DNA of 64,000 nt from Tubiluchus corallicola (lineage: Eukaryota; Animalia; Priapulida): assembly GCA_030141605.1 (NCBI GenBank), contig JAQGDQ010000017.1, positions 1,178,001 through 1,242,000 of the forward strand, written 5' to 3'. Positions 1 to 13,875 of this stretch are shown here, in pieces (within the stretch, counting starts at the first letter, position 1; each line of letters starts with the position of its first letter). Both the position numbers and the translations under genes were made by a program. Below the pieces are notes generated by a model. The model saw only the letters and a program-made list of their open reading frames with translations. It searched no databases and had not been told where the DNA came from.

Positions 1-134
1 GTGAATTCAACCACAACCATCAAGAACTAAAAAATAATGACCTACTTGCGATATTGCAGAGCCTATAAATTACAAGAGCAAAACCGGCATATCATCACCG
101 GACACCCAGTGTCAAAATTCTGCAACAGCCTGTT

Positions 135-146
135 TGCGCAGGCGCA
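135..146. promoter_or_regulatory. NRF1-type motif TGCGCAGGCGCA in a locally CpG-rich stretch (possible promoter)
   Basis: Close match to the NRF1 consensus YGCGCANGCGCR. Motif match only; no transcript evidence. Confidence 0.3.
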
Positions 147-966
147 CGATCGAATATCGCCCTGTTTGATCTTTTCTTCAACAAATAGAATGTTTAACTT
201 TTATTGAACGAATCGGCTTGAAGTCGAGCGAGATAAAACCGTTGTACGTTTACCGAGTGAAAATCACAGGAAATGGGAGCAGAAAAGCTTCTGTTATTGG
301 CTGTACTACGGAAAACAGACCGAAGAAAATCCGACAATTGTAAAGAGTTCTTTGCACTCAAGAACCTTAAAAGTTAAAAGCCAAAACTTGCTTTTACTAG
401 AACGTAACATGGGTATAGAACGCTTCTCATGGGTATAGCAAGTCGTGCACGGTGATTTACAGTTATACGTTGTTGCAGGTACAAATGTTTTGGTCCATTA
501 CCCCTTATATATTAGATATATAGCCCAATATATTAGACTGTAGCTCAACCTCTAGACTACTTTTTCTACTCTGACATTGTATAAGTGGAACTTGTTATGT
601 ACACACGTCTCTGTTACATTTAAAATTTGACTTATAATTATACTGCTATCTTTTACTGACATTCTGGCTTTTCCTCGACTCAATATTGGACCAACAATGT
701 ATGTATGCATTTTAGCTTTTTAGTGTAACGTAGTAATCTGTAGCACTTATTTTTCTTGCACTTATTTCAGTAGATTTGTAGATGTAGTAATTGTAGACTA
801 TAGAAAATTTGTATTTTTTGCAGAATAAACTAACATAGATATGGGAACCCAACTTTGGTTTGAGCGTATACATTACATACGTAATATGTACAACATTGTA
901 CATACACGTACAATACATATATATTTCGATAAGGTACACTAAGGTGTGCACAGTGCCAATACGCTT

Positions 967-1512
967 TAGAGTTGCCACCACTCCTGATTTGGCCCGGAAC
1001 CTCCTGAAATTCAGCCATACGTCCGTAGTTCGATCAGACTTTTGAAAAATTCTGAAATTCCTGATTTCGACTATATCAGATTAAAAATTAAATGGAAAAG
1101 ACGGAAATATAAACATGCTATTCAAACATTGCATAAGGCTTTAAACGGTTACATGTCTTCATCATTTAGCGCCGTCTATATTTTGCACCAACTTTTTCTG
1201 CAACGGCAAGCGCTGCAATGCAAGTATTCTTCCGGTTTAGGTATAATTCACTTACCATAAACAATCTATCTCAAGAAATCTTCAAAAAGTGAGAAATGTA
1301 TTGGGACTAGGGAGAGATTCCCAAATTTGATGCACTTTTTTAAGTTTCAGAGTTTTAGGGCTTTTTAGAGTCCAAAAGTCGAGAAATTAGTTTACTTTGT
1401 GGTTTAAATTTCTTGACTTTTGTTTCTGAAAAAGGCCTAAAATACAGGAAATGGGTTGGCTTCCAGTCCCCGACCCCCTAGCGTTTCGGTTCGTGACAAG
1501 GTGGCAACCCTA
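967..1512. mobile_element. Non-autonomous hAT-like MITE
   Basis: TIRs TAGAGTTGCCACC / GGTGGCAACCCTA. 8-bp flanking duplication ATACGCTT (959-966) / ATACGGTT (1513-1520), 7/8 identical. No transposase ORF. Confidence 0.8.
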
Positions 1513-1649
1513 ATACGGTTAATGAAGATAAACGGGGTATGAACCCACAAGACGTGGAAGCCGTACATGTATCACCAACATGTTTGCACAACTACAGTAT
1601 ACTATAAAGTATAATATAAGAATAAGGGAAACATGTACAGGACTGTATG

Positions 1650-1971
1650 CAGGGGCGGAACTAGGGGGGGAGCGAGGGGGGGGTGCACGCCCCCCTGTCA
1701 AAATTTGCGCCACCCCTGCAAAATCGGACGAATAATTTTTTTTTGCAGTGAAAATTGCAGTTCGCATGTAATCATTTTCAATATGAATTAGAATTAGGTA
1801 AAAAAATGTTCGTTACGCCGTCCTACACACATGCTAATTATAGGCCTGCATGCAGTATAAAAGGGGTTAAAAATTGGCTTAACCATTATTTAACCACTTC
1901 GGATACCTCGCCCCCCCCCAGAAAATTTTTGCGCCCCCCCCCCCTGCTTGCCACATCTAGTTCCGGCCCTG
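1650..1971. mobile_element. Non-autonomous hAT-like MITE
   Basis: TIRs CAGGGGCGGAACTAG / CTAGTTCCGGCCCTG. Perfect 8-bp TSD ACTGTATG at 1642-1649 and 1972-1979. Poly-G and poly-C subterminal tracts. Confidence 0.88.
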
Positions 1972-2389
1972 ACTGTATGTGCGGTCATTTGGCATTCTTT
2001 TGTTGTATCTTGATGTAATACCAATACCGTCCACGTGTGCGAAATAAAAAGGTTCTTATTCTTATTCTTACCAAAGGGAATTAGCCAAACCTAACCTCCT
2101 ACGCAGTGGATGACTCAACCCCACCGATAATCTCTTTAGCGGCAGTGCAATACGTTGAATCATTTAACAGAAATACAAGATGTAGGCAAGAATATGCTGG
2201 ATTACGGCTGTATTTCTTTACTGGTCTGCTTAGTCATTCCTATTTTGTTTCTGTCAATTAATTAAATAGTGCACAATAGGCTCTGCCTATATAAAGTGGT
2301 TCTATGTTTGTACATTTATCACTGATGATGACATCAGTAGTCTGTCAAACGTTTGGCATGTTTTTAACTATGTAAAATAAAAGTTTAAA

Positions 2390-2641
2390 TAAAGATGTGT
2401 TGTTTTAAATGCAAACTACTGTACCTTTTCAAAAATTAAAAATACGATTTTTGTGAGTCAGTGGTGCACACTGGGAACGTGAGCCAGTGGTATTTTACCA
2501 GTTGATGCGAACACTGTAAATCACTAAGAATTTTCTTTGCTAATAAGTCTTCCAAACAGGTAAACGTAACCCTAAATAATATAACTTTGTGTCGAATGTT
2601 TTTGTGGATATACTTTAAGATTGCCCTTTCTTCCCTTTTAA
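2390..2641 (-). mobile_element. Partial copy related to the TTAA-flanked Kolobok-like repeat family
   Basis: Shares blocks (GGTGCACACTGGGA..GTGAGCCA, ATAACTTT, end CCCTTTTAA) with the copies at 10647-11227 and 48100-48552. Confidence 0.5.
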
Positions 2642-5366
2642 GCAACTGGAGACAAAACAACTTTATGTCGTTTATATTTTACAAAAACCCAGTTGCCTAG
2701 TTCAACAATCGCTAATGACAGTAATTCCCACCTGAAAAAATCGAGTGCCCTAAAATAAAACAAAGCTAGTTGGTTAAGAAGCTGACAACAGACAGCAGTG
2801 CAAACTTGTAAAAAAATTTCTTTCACTTTTTGGAAGTGACTAATATCGTCTCTTTCAGTAACAAAAACAAGAAAATTGACAAACCTAGCTAGCGATTAGA
2901 GGTCTAATGTAGGAGTTTAATTAACACGGCTATCCGCGGGGAAACGAGACCAGCTCAGGTAAAAATGAAGCCATATAATTTTCTCCCGAAAGTCTTCCTT
3001 GCTTCACACACGATCAAATCCCTTTGGAGAAGCCAAACATGTGTAATTTGCAAGCTTGATAGGTCCAGCACTAAGACAACATGCTGGGCGTGATGCATGT
3101 GAAGGATTCGCATCAAAGCAAGGATAGATGGCACCTGGTAATAGAACGCTCTCTACTGCTTCATGGCATTCATAAAGAACACGGTAACGGAAACAGTAAT
3201 GGCAGCAGCTACGATCTCGCTAGGATACATAAGACACAAAGGACATTGGCAGATGTGGGGACAGTGTTGCTGACACTAATGACAATGGCAAAAGCAATCG
3301 TTAAATACAGGTGTAATAAAATATTTTTCTGGTAATTTTCACACAGTTTGGCACTCTGCAAGCTGGAATTCAGCACTCAGTGGCTAAGGCTACTTGAAGT
3401 GGATAGTTGTGGCAAGACCGCAATCTGGCTGTTTATCAAGAAGGGTTCACGTAACTCTCTAAGACGAGATACTTATGATACTTAAGACGAGGCGAATGTA
3501 TTTCAGCTCTTTTCTCATGTGAAAGCATTCCCTCTCAGCGAGAAATCAGAACTTGGCCTAAAAGTGCCAAGGAAGAAGCATTAACATTTTGCAGCTGCTG
3601 ATTGTAAGACAAAAGCAAATGACGTTTCAGCTATCATGCAATACTAGGCAACGACATTGACGAAAATAATCAGGAAAGTTCGTTCATTATGGCTGGATTT
3701 TCAGCATAGCCAATAGGTAAAGGCAGGAATATTTCAATTCTTCTGAAAATTTTATTACCAACTGGTTCAACGTACCCGATTTCCATCTTTATTAAGTATT
3801 TCATAAACGGATTCGTACATTCTTTCTCATGAACCCAAGATAAGCGAACTTACAAGAAAAATCATGCCCCCATACAACTTATAAGCAGTCAATAATACGA
3901 AGTATGACAATCTTTTTACATGTCATCGAAACTAAAAGCTTTGCTGTCAAGGCCTATTAGAGGAAGAACAAATTTATTCACACATTTCTAAAGGGAATCC
4001 CAATACGTTTAGTGATCGAAAATTTCTCAAGTTTTTTGCTTGATGGTTGACTTGTCCCAGCACGGGGCACTTCCCGTTAGTCTCAAAGGCTTATAACATT
4101 CATAATTTTCAAGTTTTTTCATAACACACGGTTTTTAAGTTACGCAAGTAGTGACGTATAAGTTGGTCAGAACAAAGGCAAGTATGACACCACCAAAGTG
4201 GTCTCGGTTTTCCAGAACCTAGTGTCACTTATTACTACATTAAGAAACGAGTTCTAAGCTCAAAAATGGCGTGGCACAAATTCCAAATAATGGTTATGCC
4301 TGGAAGGAGAAGCCAGAGCTGAAAAACTTCAAAAGATAATCAGCTTCGTAAATGAAGGGATTCCCCTGAGATCATAAATCAATTTAGTTATTCAAGAGTG
4401 GAGTTCCACGCTGTTTCACGTCAAGGGAATGCAAGAACTTGGAGACAACGCCAGGCCAGCGCAAAGCCAATTTATTGTCGCCACAGCATGATCGTCACAC
4501 TTCATCAAAAAGAAAATCAAATCAAGTACCAGTTGCTGCCAGTGCCACTCCTTTTTGGGCGGATTCTGGCTGACATTCATGAGTAGCAAGTTGCGGTTTA
4601 TTCTCGCAGGCCTTTGGTGCATCGGTCAACTCGAAATTGACCTCCTGCCATAATCTTGAAAATGAGTTATGAATCAAAATTAGTCAATTACTGATGCTAA
4701 AATTGAAGTTGGAAATTGAGATTAAGTACTGCCAACTACTAGGCGTTGTGTACTCCTTCCACAGTGTTGGATTTTTATTCTTCTGCTGGCGAGTTTTACA
4801 GTGCAGAGCAAAATATAACCAATTAGCGACAATGTGTACGAAAAAATAAACAAACTGGCCAACAATCCCAGCAGAAGTATAAAGATGTATAATTCTTTAT
4901 GTAAAACGAATGAGTTAGAACTTAGTTAATTAGTTAGAACTTGTACACGTGACTTGAATTCGATACTAGCAGCTGCCAACGCCAGGGTATACGTATATGT
5001 TATTCGTTAATATTTGCATACATGTGCAAGTCGCTAAATAGCCGTTGGTGCTGATGTTGTCTGTTATATGAGCGACGATTAATAAACCTTGTCTTTGTTT
5101 TTATTTCAGTGTCTAATGCACCAATTTTAACTGAGTAACACTTTGGGATGCTCATTGCTCACGTGGTTGTTGCAAATGCATCTTGTTGTAGCACTTCACC
5201 AGGTAAAACGGTAGTTCAAGAGATGTAGTGCTGTCTAGCAAACAAATCATCCCCATATACGAATGATTGACTGACTAACTGACTGATTGATTAACTGACT
5301 ATCTGATAAAGTGACAGCGTGAACGAAATTATACTAAAATGTATAATACCAAATGTACTATACCAT

Positions 5367-5626
5367 AATAATAATAACCTTTATTTACAGTCGACATTAA
5401 ATTCAACTGACAACACAAGCCAGCCATGAAGCTTTTATCACAGACCATCAATAGCAAGCTACATCTAGATAACAGACATTGTTATCACCCCACTTTTACC
5501 CTAAATACCATGCACCAGGCAGGGCAACAGCATGTATCATTTTTAAAGTCATTGGAACGACCCAGCCGCAGTATTGAACTCATGACCTCTGAAACGGAAA
5601 GATGACGCGTTACCACTAGACTAAAT
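5367..5626 (-). mobile_element. tRNA-derived SINE with a Meta/MESC-like central domain
   Basis: Minus strand reads A-box-like TAGTCTAGTGG, B-box-like GAGTTCAATAC, then GACTTTAAAAATGATACATGCTGTTGCCCTGCCTGG (resembles the MetaSINE core as I recall it) and a (TTA)n tail. Confidence 0.7.
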
Positions 5627-5737
5627 CATCTGGCACCAAAAAGAAGCCATGCAAAGAAAATTCGTAAACAACAATATGACACAAGCTACGGTGTATAACA
5701 CATTCGTGCCACCTCTTAAAATATGAACCAGCTCTTA

Positions 5738-5918
5738 TAGCGCGTTCAGACGTAGAGACTTCTCTCCCAAATTGTTGCGCAACTTCTCTCTCATGACGCG
5801 TTTAGACGTAGACACTTCTCTCGCAACTTGTTGTGCAACTTCTGTCTGAGAGTAAAGAGACATGTGTGAACGGCCTGCGCAGTAAGTTGCGAGAGAAGTC
5901 TCTACGTATGAACGTGCC
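5738..5918. mobile_element. Small foldback, Harbinger-like MITE
   Basis: A ~46-bp unit GCGTTCAGACGTAGAGACTTCTCTC..GCAACTTCT occurs twice in direct orientation (~5742, ~5798) and once inverted (~5876-5915). Flanks are TTA/TAA-like. Confidence 0.55.
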
Positions 5919-6759
5919 ATTACACACAACGTTCTCGCATAGAAACAAGAACACTTGCTCAAATTAACAACGACGCGGCAGTAATAATTAAGTCGTGCTC
6001 GCTACATGCTAGCCATGCTGACAGCTCGCCTTACAACTGTAACAACATTGTAGACATGAAGCGATTTTAATTAAAATCTCACGAAATAGAACCTAATGAA
6101 ACTGCATGAGCTACTGAAGATCTGCCCGCATTTGCCGCATTATCATCATAAATATTGACACTCTAATGGCGTGTTCACACATCCACTGCGATGTCGAGTA
6201 TTTGCTAATCTATGTGAACGCTCACAAAGTGCTGATCTCCGTACTGCCAGTGTGTTAACGCAATAAGAGCAAGCCAGTAATAGCCCGAACAGAAGTTTTA
6301 TCTTAAATGTGTTTGAGCATACCCGAAGAGACGACACATAGGTTTGGGTAAGTAAACGGCTCATTTTGAGACAACACATCCAACTTATTCAAGTTAAAAA
6401 GTTTTCAAATTAATGCCAAGCCGAAACAAAACTAGCGTTACTGTTATTATCGCTCAATCTCCAATCGCTTCCGTTTCCGTTTCTTGATGTCGAAAAGCCT
6501 AAAGACGTTTAAACTTTAAAGAGCCACTTCTGTCAAACATTGCGCGACACGCGCCCTCATTCTGGAGCCGCCCCTGCCAATTTAGTTGAGTTTGATTGCC
6601 TAGTAGTATCAACAAAGTAATGTTTGCACAATAAACAAGCGCCGCGTGTAAAAACGAACGATTTTTTGAAAGAGAAAATAACCAAATTTTGTTGGAAAAG
6701 AGCAAAATAGAAAACCTAGTTAGTATCTCTTTCCTGCAAAGGCTGGCTTTGCAAATTAC

Positions 6760-9700
6760 CTGTGCTATGAAGTAGTTTTCAGAAGCTCGCAGGTTGGCAG
6801 CATCATTATCTTTTTCTTGTTTTAGTTGCCGTAGCAACGCGCGCCGGAGAGAGGGGGACAAACCGAATCGACTATAAAACAGTGCTTAAAAATGTCGGCT
6901 GAGGTCAAGTGCTTGAAACTGTTTCCCGCTTGCACTTTTTAAAACCACTACTTTTCAATGCTCACAAACCGCCAGACTCTTGACCTATCTGCTAGCCTAA
7001 CTTCTGCTGACGAACACTTGGATGTTGGATAATCTGCTTGCTGGTCAGGCAGTCTGAATGCTCACAAGTCAGTTGCTTACACGTTTCCATGCAACCATCC
7101 ATCCAATTATTAGATACGCTAAAATTATGGAATTATTTTAAGGAGTGAGTGATATTAGCCGATAGGTCACAATGTGGACTCAGCAACCAAAGAATGCCAA
7201 ACCTGGTCAGTGACTGGCTGGGTAATTGCCAGATCTGATACTCGCCATACTGATACTGAACCGTCTATCTTGTTCAGGGAGGAATCAGGGATGTACTCAT
7301 ACCCAAACGTGATTGAGACACTTCTTACAGTTCATTGTTCCTCTCAGAGGACTAACCTTGCTGGACTAGGTTCCGATCCCGTCACAATTATCTACAATAA
7401 GCAGGCCCTGCCAGTGAATCTTGAATTCTCGCGTGCCAAATTCCATAAAACTGTAAGTTATGGCGAGTACACCTTGAACTGCTCGTTTCCTCGATTCATT
7501 TCAAATTCACGGAAGCATTAAAATACTTTTGAAAATTCGCAGATGACAAATGAACAGCATTAAACTTATGATTAAGCTAGCAAACAACTATGGCAAACAG
7601 TGTGTCTAAATAAACACAGCGGTGAGAAAATTAATCATCTTGAAAATCATTAACCATAACACTATTCTCAATGCAAACTGCACTATAAAGATGGACATAT
7701 ACTATACTGATTACTTTTGTATAACAGCTATAGTATAAAAAAATACCAGCTTAATGCTATTGTTCTCTTCCCGTGATGGAAGAGGTATCAAATGAGTTAT
7801 TTCAAGGTAACAGATTAAAGTTTTATTTTGAGTAACAGATTAAAGTTAACGCTAATGATTTAGGCCTTCATTTAGTTAACACACCACAAACGATTTCTAA
7901 CCAAAAATCGCAGCATTTTACAATACATGTAATCAAAGAAGGGATTTACCTATCATGAAGCCAATAGTAGAGATTTATCAAAATCACCACCTTCAATTTT
8001 AAATCATTACGGTATAAGGGATTTACCTGAGAGGTCATAGCATATGTTTAGCAACTAAAGTTAAGCACTTCTGGATCTGGCCAGTAGATGCATTGGTGAT
8101 GGCCAAGAACAGTTTAAATTGTCACTCTACCGAATTGATATTTCGCTTGTTGGCAGCTGTATAAATCAAACATGAAATGCTGCTGGTTCAGCATCTCATC
8201 TCAAATGATATCCTTTGACAGAGCTAGATTCTGGTCTTGCCACAACTACCAACATGCCATGCAGCTCTGTGCCGAGCTTAAAAAATAACTAAATGAATGA
8301 CGGAGATAAAAAATGGTGAATTTACTAAAAATTTATTATCTTCTTTGCTATTCTCATTCGTACACTTGTTGTTTAAGGAAGTTTGTAAATGATGATGCAG
8401 TTACTGCCACTTAGTCAAAGAGACTATCATGTGTACACTGTACATGCACATTAATTTTTTTTCCTGTTTAGTATCAATTTGTCAAAATTATAAGAACAAA
8501 CTAGTGTATAATAGAAATCATCCTAATTGTTCTAAAGTTTGCACCTGGAAATAACATCTAGTAATTGATCTAGCATCTAGTAAAAAACCTGAGTAAATCT
8601 CGTCTATATTTCAAAAACAAACAGGTGCACAAATATAAAGGAAAAATATCTGCCACTTTGATCTGCGTGGCTCATTTCGCTGCATTTTTACCTGCTGCTA
8701 GAACTTCCTGAGGGACCAAATCATGGTGATGTTCTCACGTTTCACAAATTGCAGCAATTTCGTGCATGAAGTGCTTTGATGTTAGCCGACATATATGATA
8801 CCTGATCTCGAGTAAAAGCACGTATTAAACGGTAATATATCTAATGAGCCTCTACAAAGACCAATGTTAATATTTTGCAGCATACCCTGAACAACGAATT
8901 GCACAATCTTATGTTATGAAAAATTCACTTGGTGGTGATGGTCGCGGTGTCGGTGGTGGTGGTAGTAGTGGTAATAGTGGTAACAGTAGTGGTAGTGGTA
9001 TTGGTAGTGGTAGTGGTAGTGGTAGTAGTAGTAGTAGTAGCAGCAACAGCAGCAGTAGTACATTGTTTATTTTACCTTTTTAAAACATTGATTTATTTTA
9101 CCTTTTTAAAACATTGACCATCATAATCCAAAGACAGACAATCAGTGTCAGTTCGAATAAAAATATACACAGTTCTGTGCAAATGCATCTGGAGCAAGCT
9201 AAACTATAAGTGCAACTAGAAATTCAAAACAAAAAAGATAAGCTGCGAACATACAATGCACTATGATAAAACTATACACAATCTCTAACTCATACACACA
9301 CTTTCAAGCAAGCACATACGTACGTACGCACGCATGCACGCACGCGCACACACACACACACAATTATAGCCTAATAAGGCCTAGGATAAACGAAATCATG
9401 ATTTGAATGAATAGCATCATGTGTGTAGTCAGATATTCCTAACTCCATTTCACTGTTATTCCCACGTAAATGGCAACAAGTCTTGCACATTCGTCACCAA
9501 AAACTTGACATGCCTGAGTTCCACCCCAATAAGCATGTACACTCTTGTTTGTGAAATATCCAAATTGATCAAAAACTGTCAAAACAAACTAAATATTAAT
9601 ATTGATAACCGCAAAAGTGAAGCATAAAAATTACGTACACAGAAACCTGAACATTTGAAGGTGCTTAATTCAGAGGCGTAGAACCCAATTACATAAAAGT

Positions 9701-12700
9701 GTCTATGTAAATCTCACATATAAGTATGTAGCATGGTACGATTTTAAACAGAGGCACAGGCCAAAAGAAGAACCACCACAAACTGCTGTGCTATCACATG
9801 CCGCATGAACTAGGATGGTGTATTTCTGACACAGTTCTCACTGTTAAATTGATGATAAATTAAAACTAAAATTAAATTGATGATAAATAATAACTAAAAC
9901 TTAAACTAATGATCAGTTAAAACGCCGATGATAAATTAAAACTAAAGTCCAAATTAGTGGCTTTTGATTTTTTACTAAGATTCTTCAGTATAGTAAAGAA
10001 AGCTTGAAGGCAGTAACACAACACTGACAATGTCGACGCTGCACATCATATTAAATAATGATGATGATGACGACAATAGCTACCACAAATGTTCAATGTG
10101 ATGATTTTTTACACAATTTTTAAAATGTTTTAGTTTGTAAGGCTAAAGAAGTAAAAGTGCATGAAATGTGCCTAAAGTAAAAACTGGATGGTTGACAACT
10201 GATCGCCAGATAATAGACAAGCCACCAGGGGGCGGGGAGGGGGTGGTGGAAACCTGAAACTCTAAAGAATAACGTTACTAGCAAATTTTGTTACGTTCAG
10301 GAAGAACTGACAGATACCAAAAATTCCTGGCAGAAGAGGGCTGTTATAGGAGCTTTGGAAGAAAACCTCAGGTTATGATTGCAACAGGTCTAGTGCTACC
10401 ACTGAGTTTGACATGAAACCATGCAAGTGGAAATTGATTTTGCTGCCACGTGTCTCTGAAGCAAAGCATGTTTAGTTTGCAACTAACTTAAACAGAGAGA
10501 TCAAGTCTATCCTTAATGGGCTAAACTGTACTGCGGGATGCACCTGAACCTAAGCGGGGCCATCCAGAGTTCAGTAAAGAGCCTACAAAAACGAAGAACA
10601 GTGCTTGTTGATCAGTGGACAATTGCAAACAATGCAAGATATTTAAAGCACACTAACATAAAGCTTAAAAAATACTGCTTTCTGCATACAGGGTTTGCAC
10701 CGTAGTAACGCTGTATAAAACATAAATTTAAACTCCAGTGATGACCGTTAGGCACAACCATTTTAAACATTTGAAACAAGTTTAGATAACATTGTTATAA
10801 AATAATAAAAGCATGCGTAGCACATATGTTGCTAATTAAGTAAAATTTTAAATTACTGTATCTTGTCAATAAGATTAAAAAATGTTTTTTGGTTAGTGAG
10901 TGGTGCGCCCCTGGAGGGTGAGTCAATGACATTTTACCAATTGGCACAAACATCTTTCCAGTAGGTAAGTGAAATGCTAAGTAATATAGATTTGCATGGA
11001 AAGTTTTTTGGGAGATAGTTTAACATAACTTTTTCTCCCCCTGATTTACATTTGTGTAAGTGACATCATGTAATGGCAACTTCAGAACAGTGCTGGAGAT
11101 TCAAAATGAAAACAAACAAAAATTCCTTCTAATGCGAGTACAATATATGCATAAACATGCTGTAAAGTAATATAATGTTTTAAGGCGATTTTTCTGAAAT
11201 CTATTTCAGGTACCATTATTTTGTCCTTTAATATTTTTTGAGTTACAGTGGAAACAGTTGATATGTATTTTTAGTTCACCTGTGTACACATTTTATAATT
11301 TTTTATTGATCAAAAGAAGTTGTCAGTTAAAAATTATCCAGCAGTAAACAAAATTCATTTAACATCTTTTTATGCTGTGTAGCTGAACTTGCAGCTACTG
11401 ATCTAATTAAAACTGGTAAATAAACGCAGTCTAAATATTACCATATAATATATCACATAATTATAGTCATATACATATATATAATATAATTATTAATTGG
11501 GACCAAAGTATTACATAGATGGCAGAAAAGCAACATTTGGAAAACACGTAATAGATGATTTTGTATACATTACAAGCTAGTTATTAGGCAATCATTTATA
11601 ATTGTACAAGTAATACACTCGTATAAAAATATAACAACAAGCCCTAATCAAGAAAAATTCTACAAGTTACTTTAAAAAAATAATTCAATCATTGCTACCA
11701 CACAAAAATTTGCATCTACATTATCGAGAAACAAAAGCAGATCCATGGTGCCATCTATCTAGAAGTATGCTAACTAGCAAAGCTCTGTAAAGGTGCACCA
11801 ACACAGTCGTGACAAAATAAAATCAAAATAAAGTCTTTTTTTAGGACAAAAAAAAGGGTACCCTAAGTAGGTTTCACAAAAATCGCCTGAAAAAGTTATA
11901 TTACTTTACAGCATTTTCATGCGTATGTCGTGCTTACGTTGAAAGGAATTTTTGTTTGCTTTCATTTTAAATCTCCCGCGATACTGTTCTGAAGTCGCCA
12001 TTACATGACGTCACTTTGCAAACGTAAATCAGGGGAAGAAAAGAATGTTAAATTATTTCCCAAAAAACTTTCCATGCAACTCTATATTACTTAGCATTTC
12101 ACTTACCTGCTGGAAAGACTTAAATGTAACTAGAAACAATAATTTAAAGTTCACAGCAATTTACAATTCTACTTAGTTAGCAACATGCATGTTATGAAAA
12201 CTCTGATTACTTTTTCAAACTTTACTTCATTATTTAAATTTACAAGTTTTATACAGGGATGCGGCCGACGCGCAAACCCTGCATGCAAAAAGATAGTATG
12301 CAAGTGGTATACTTTGCAAGACGAATTTTTTAAGCTTTGCGTAAGGGGAGAATTTTCTTGTGCTTTAAGCGCAGCTAAAATTAAGCTAAACTAGTAAAAA
12401 ATAAATGCATTTATAAGGTTTTGCTCCAACATTTTAATACACTTTACCAGATCAGATCATTTATTAAGCCCAAAAGTCATTTGTGTCACATAAAACCAGC
12501 ATTTTATTTTCCATTTCACCAGACTAGTAACACGAGCACGTATTATTTAATTACATACACACATGCCCCAAGTAAAAAAGAAAAAAACTAATTATAATTA
12601 GTTTACATCACTCCTAATGAAATAATAACTTCAGAGGAAGTAGGAAAGTGTGTCTCTAAGAAAAAAGTCGTGAAAAACAAATTGGTCAACAAACCAGCTA

Positions 12701-13757
12701 TCCTTCTCAAATTAATATTATGAAAGCTATAGGCACTGAAAAAAGGACATTTTACTGTATACATTAATCGGCCAATAATGTCTTTCTAAAGGTTTTACGA
12801 ATCCCGAGTCCAGATCTAGATATCCCCACTCTATCTCAATAATGACATTAAATATGGCATCCAAAAAGATGTCAAAAATAACAAACACAGTGCAATATGA
12901 TCATTTTCGGTATGATATAATAATGCGATAATTTCAGCTAGTACTATGATAATGAGATTCAATGGGTCTCGCAAAACATATAACTTCTTTTCTCGTTTGC
13001 ATAATCTTTTTTTTTTGACAAACAAGTTTTTATTAACAGCTGTTGGAGTAGTTTTAAGATAGTTTTAGAGTCAGTATAAATACTCTTTAGCTCAATATCT
13101 CACACAAAACATTAATGCGGTCAACTCAAACTATATTACAATACTTTATAGGGCCAGTCAAATCAAGTCGGACTGCAACTGCTTGTAAATTGTATCAGTA
13201 TAATTAATGTTGCTTATTCCCTAACAAACATTTTATGCTGTTTAATCTGCAATAACAATACTTTGAAATCAACTCTCAATTGTATTTGAATTTTGGCTCA
13301 TCTTTGACAGCAAAAATTAAATAGGACAGTGTAAACACTAAAAATTTAAGTTGTGAAATCTTTACCTGAAATCTAGTATTATCATTCTAATTTTTTTCTT
13401 CAACTAATTTTCCAAACCACAGTACAACAATATACCTAATTGCTCTTTCCCTAATTCAGATAAAAATACTTCGATAAAATCACAGAACAAAATTACAACC
13501 AACAAATGGATCACATAACACTAGACACATTTTTAAATAAAAATACTGACTAACGAATTAATGCTGTGACACAATTCATTGCATGTATGAGGCTAGTTAT
13601 TAATGCGATGAAAACACTACAACTGGAACAATAACACTTAACAGTGAACATCGAGTTAGTAATGTGATCAACTGCCCGCGGACCATTATCAATCGTACGT
13701 GTGAAGAGTTAAAAATAATAAGAAAAGTCGACAACAAAGATACCTGGTTTTAGTCAT
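6760..13757 (-). CDS. Candidate 5' part of an unidentified spliced gene (exons 13757-13744 and 6871-6760)
   Basis: ATG ACT AAA ACC AG|gtatct (phase 2) joins in frame to ttttatag|T CGA TTC..GCA CAG|gtaatt, giving MTKTSRFGLSPSLRRALLRQLKQEKDNDAANLRASENYFIAQ. No homology recognised and no downstream exon found. Confidence 0.3.
6825..6838. promoter_or_regulatory. RFX X-box-like palindrome GTTGCCGTAGCAAC
   Basis: Fits GTNRCC-N0-3-RGYAAC. Lies in a CpG-rich patch (6400-6900) next to a minus-strand splice donor at 6759. Confidence 0.4.
8930..9060. repeat. Imperfect (GTA/GTG)n trinucleotide microsatellite
   Basis: Directly visible. It produces the spurious poly-Val ORF 8929-9117. Confidence 0.9.
9320..9362. 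repeat. (CGCA)n/(CA)n microsatellite
   Basis: Directly visible. Confidence 0.8.
10647..11227 (-). mobile_element. Kolobok-like non-autonomous DNA transposon (TTAA-flanked)
   Basis: Reverse-complement homologue of 33798-34431. Ends TTAA|AGCACA and TTGTCCT|TTAA. Confidence 0.75.
11843..12364 (+). mobile_element. Kolobok-like non-autonomous DNA transposon (internally deleted copy)
   Basis: Starts AGGACAAAAAAAAGGGTA and ends TTTTCTTGTGCT|TTAA. Collinear with 33798-34431 and 42082-42758. Confidence 0.75.
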
Positions 13758-13875
13758 TGCTTATCTTCCAACACTTTTCCACGTTGAAATTCCCAATCCG
13801 TCTGCTAAAATGCCTAAACGACCCATCGAGAAGTCAAAATCTTCTAAAACAATAAATTCGAGACGTTGATGATGA

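Noticed and set aside
2830-4700. GC-richer stretch with several short ORFs
   Set aside because: No frame stays open or shows a recognisable domain. It may be a decayed element, but that cannot be supported without a search.
5484-5493. Perfect sterol regulatory element ATCACCCCAC as an LSS regulator
   Set aside because: It lies inside a SINE ~41 kb from LSS with three genes in between, so it is most likely incidental.
5560-5626. tRNA gene
   Set aside because: Degenerate A and B boxes run directly into a SINE core and tail, and no convincing cloverleaf can be drawn.
7174-7521. 115-aa ORF
   Set aside because: GTG start, no recognisable motif and no convincing splice context. Left unassigned.
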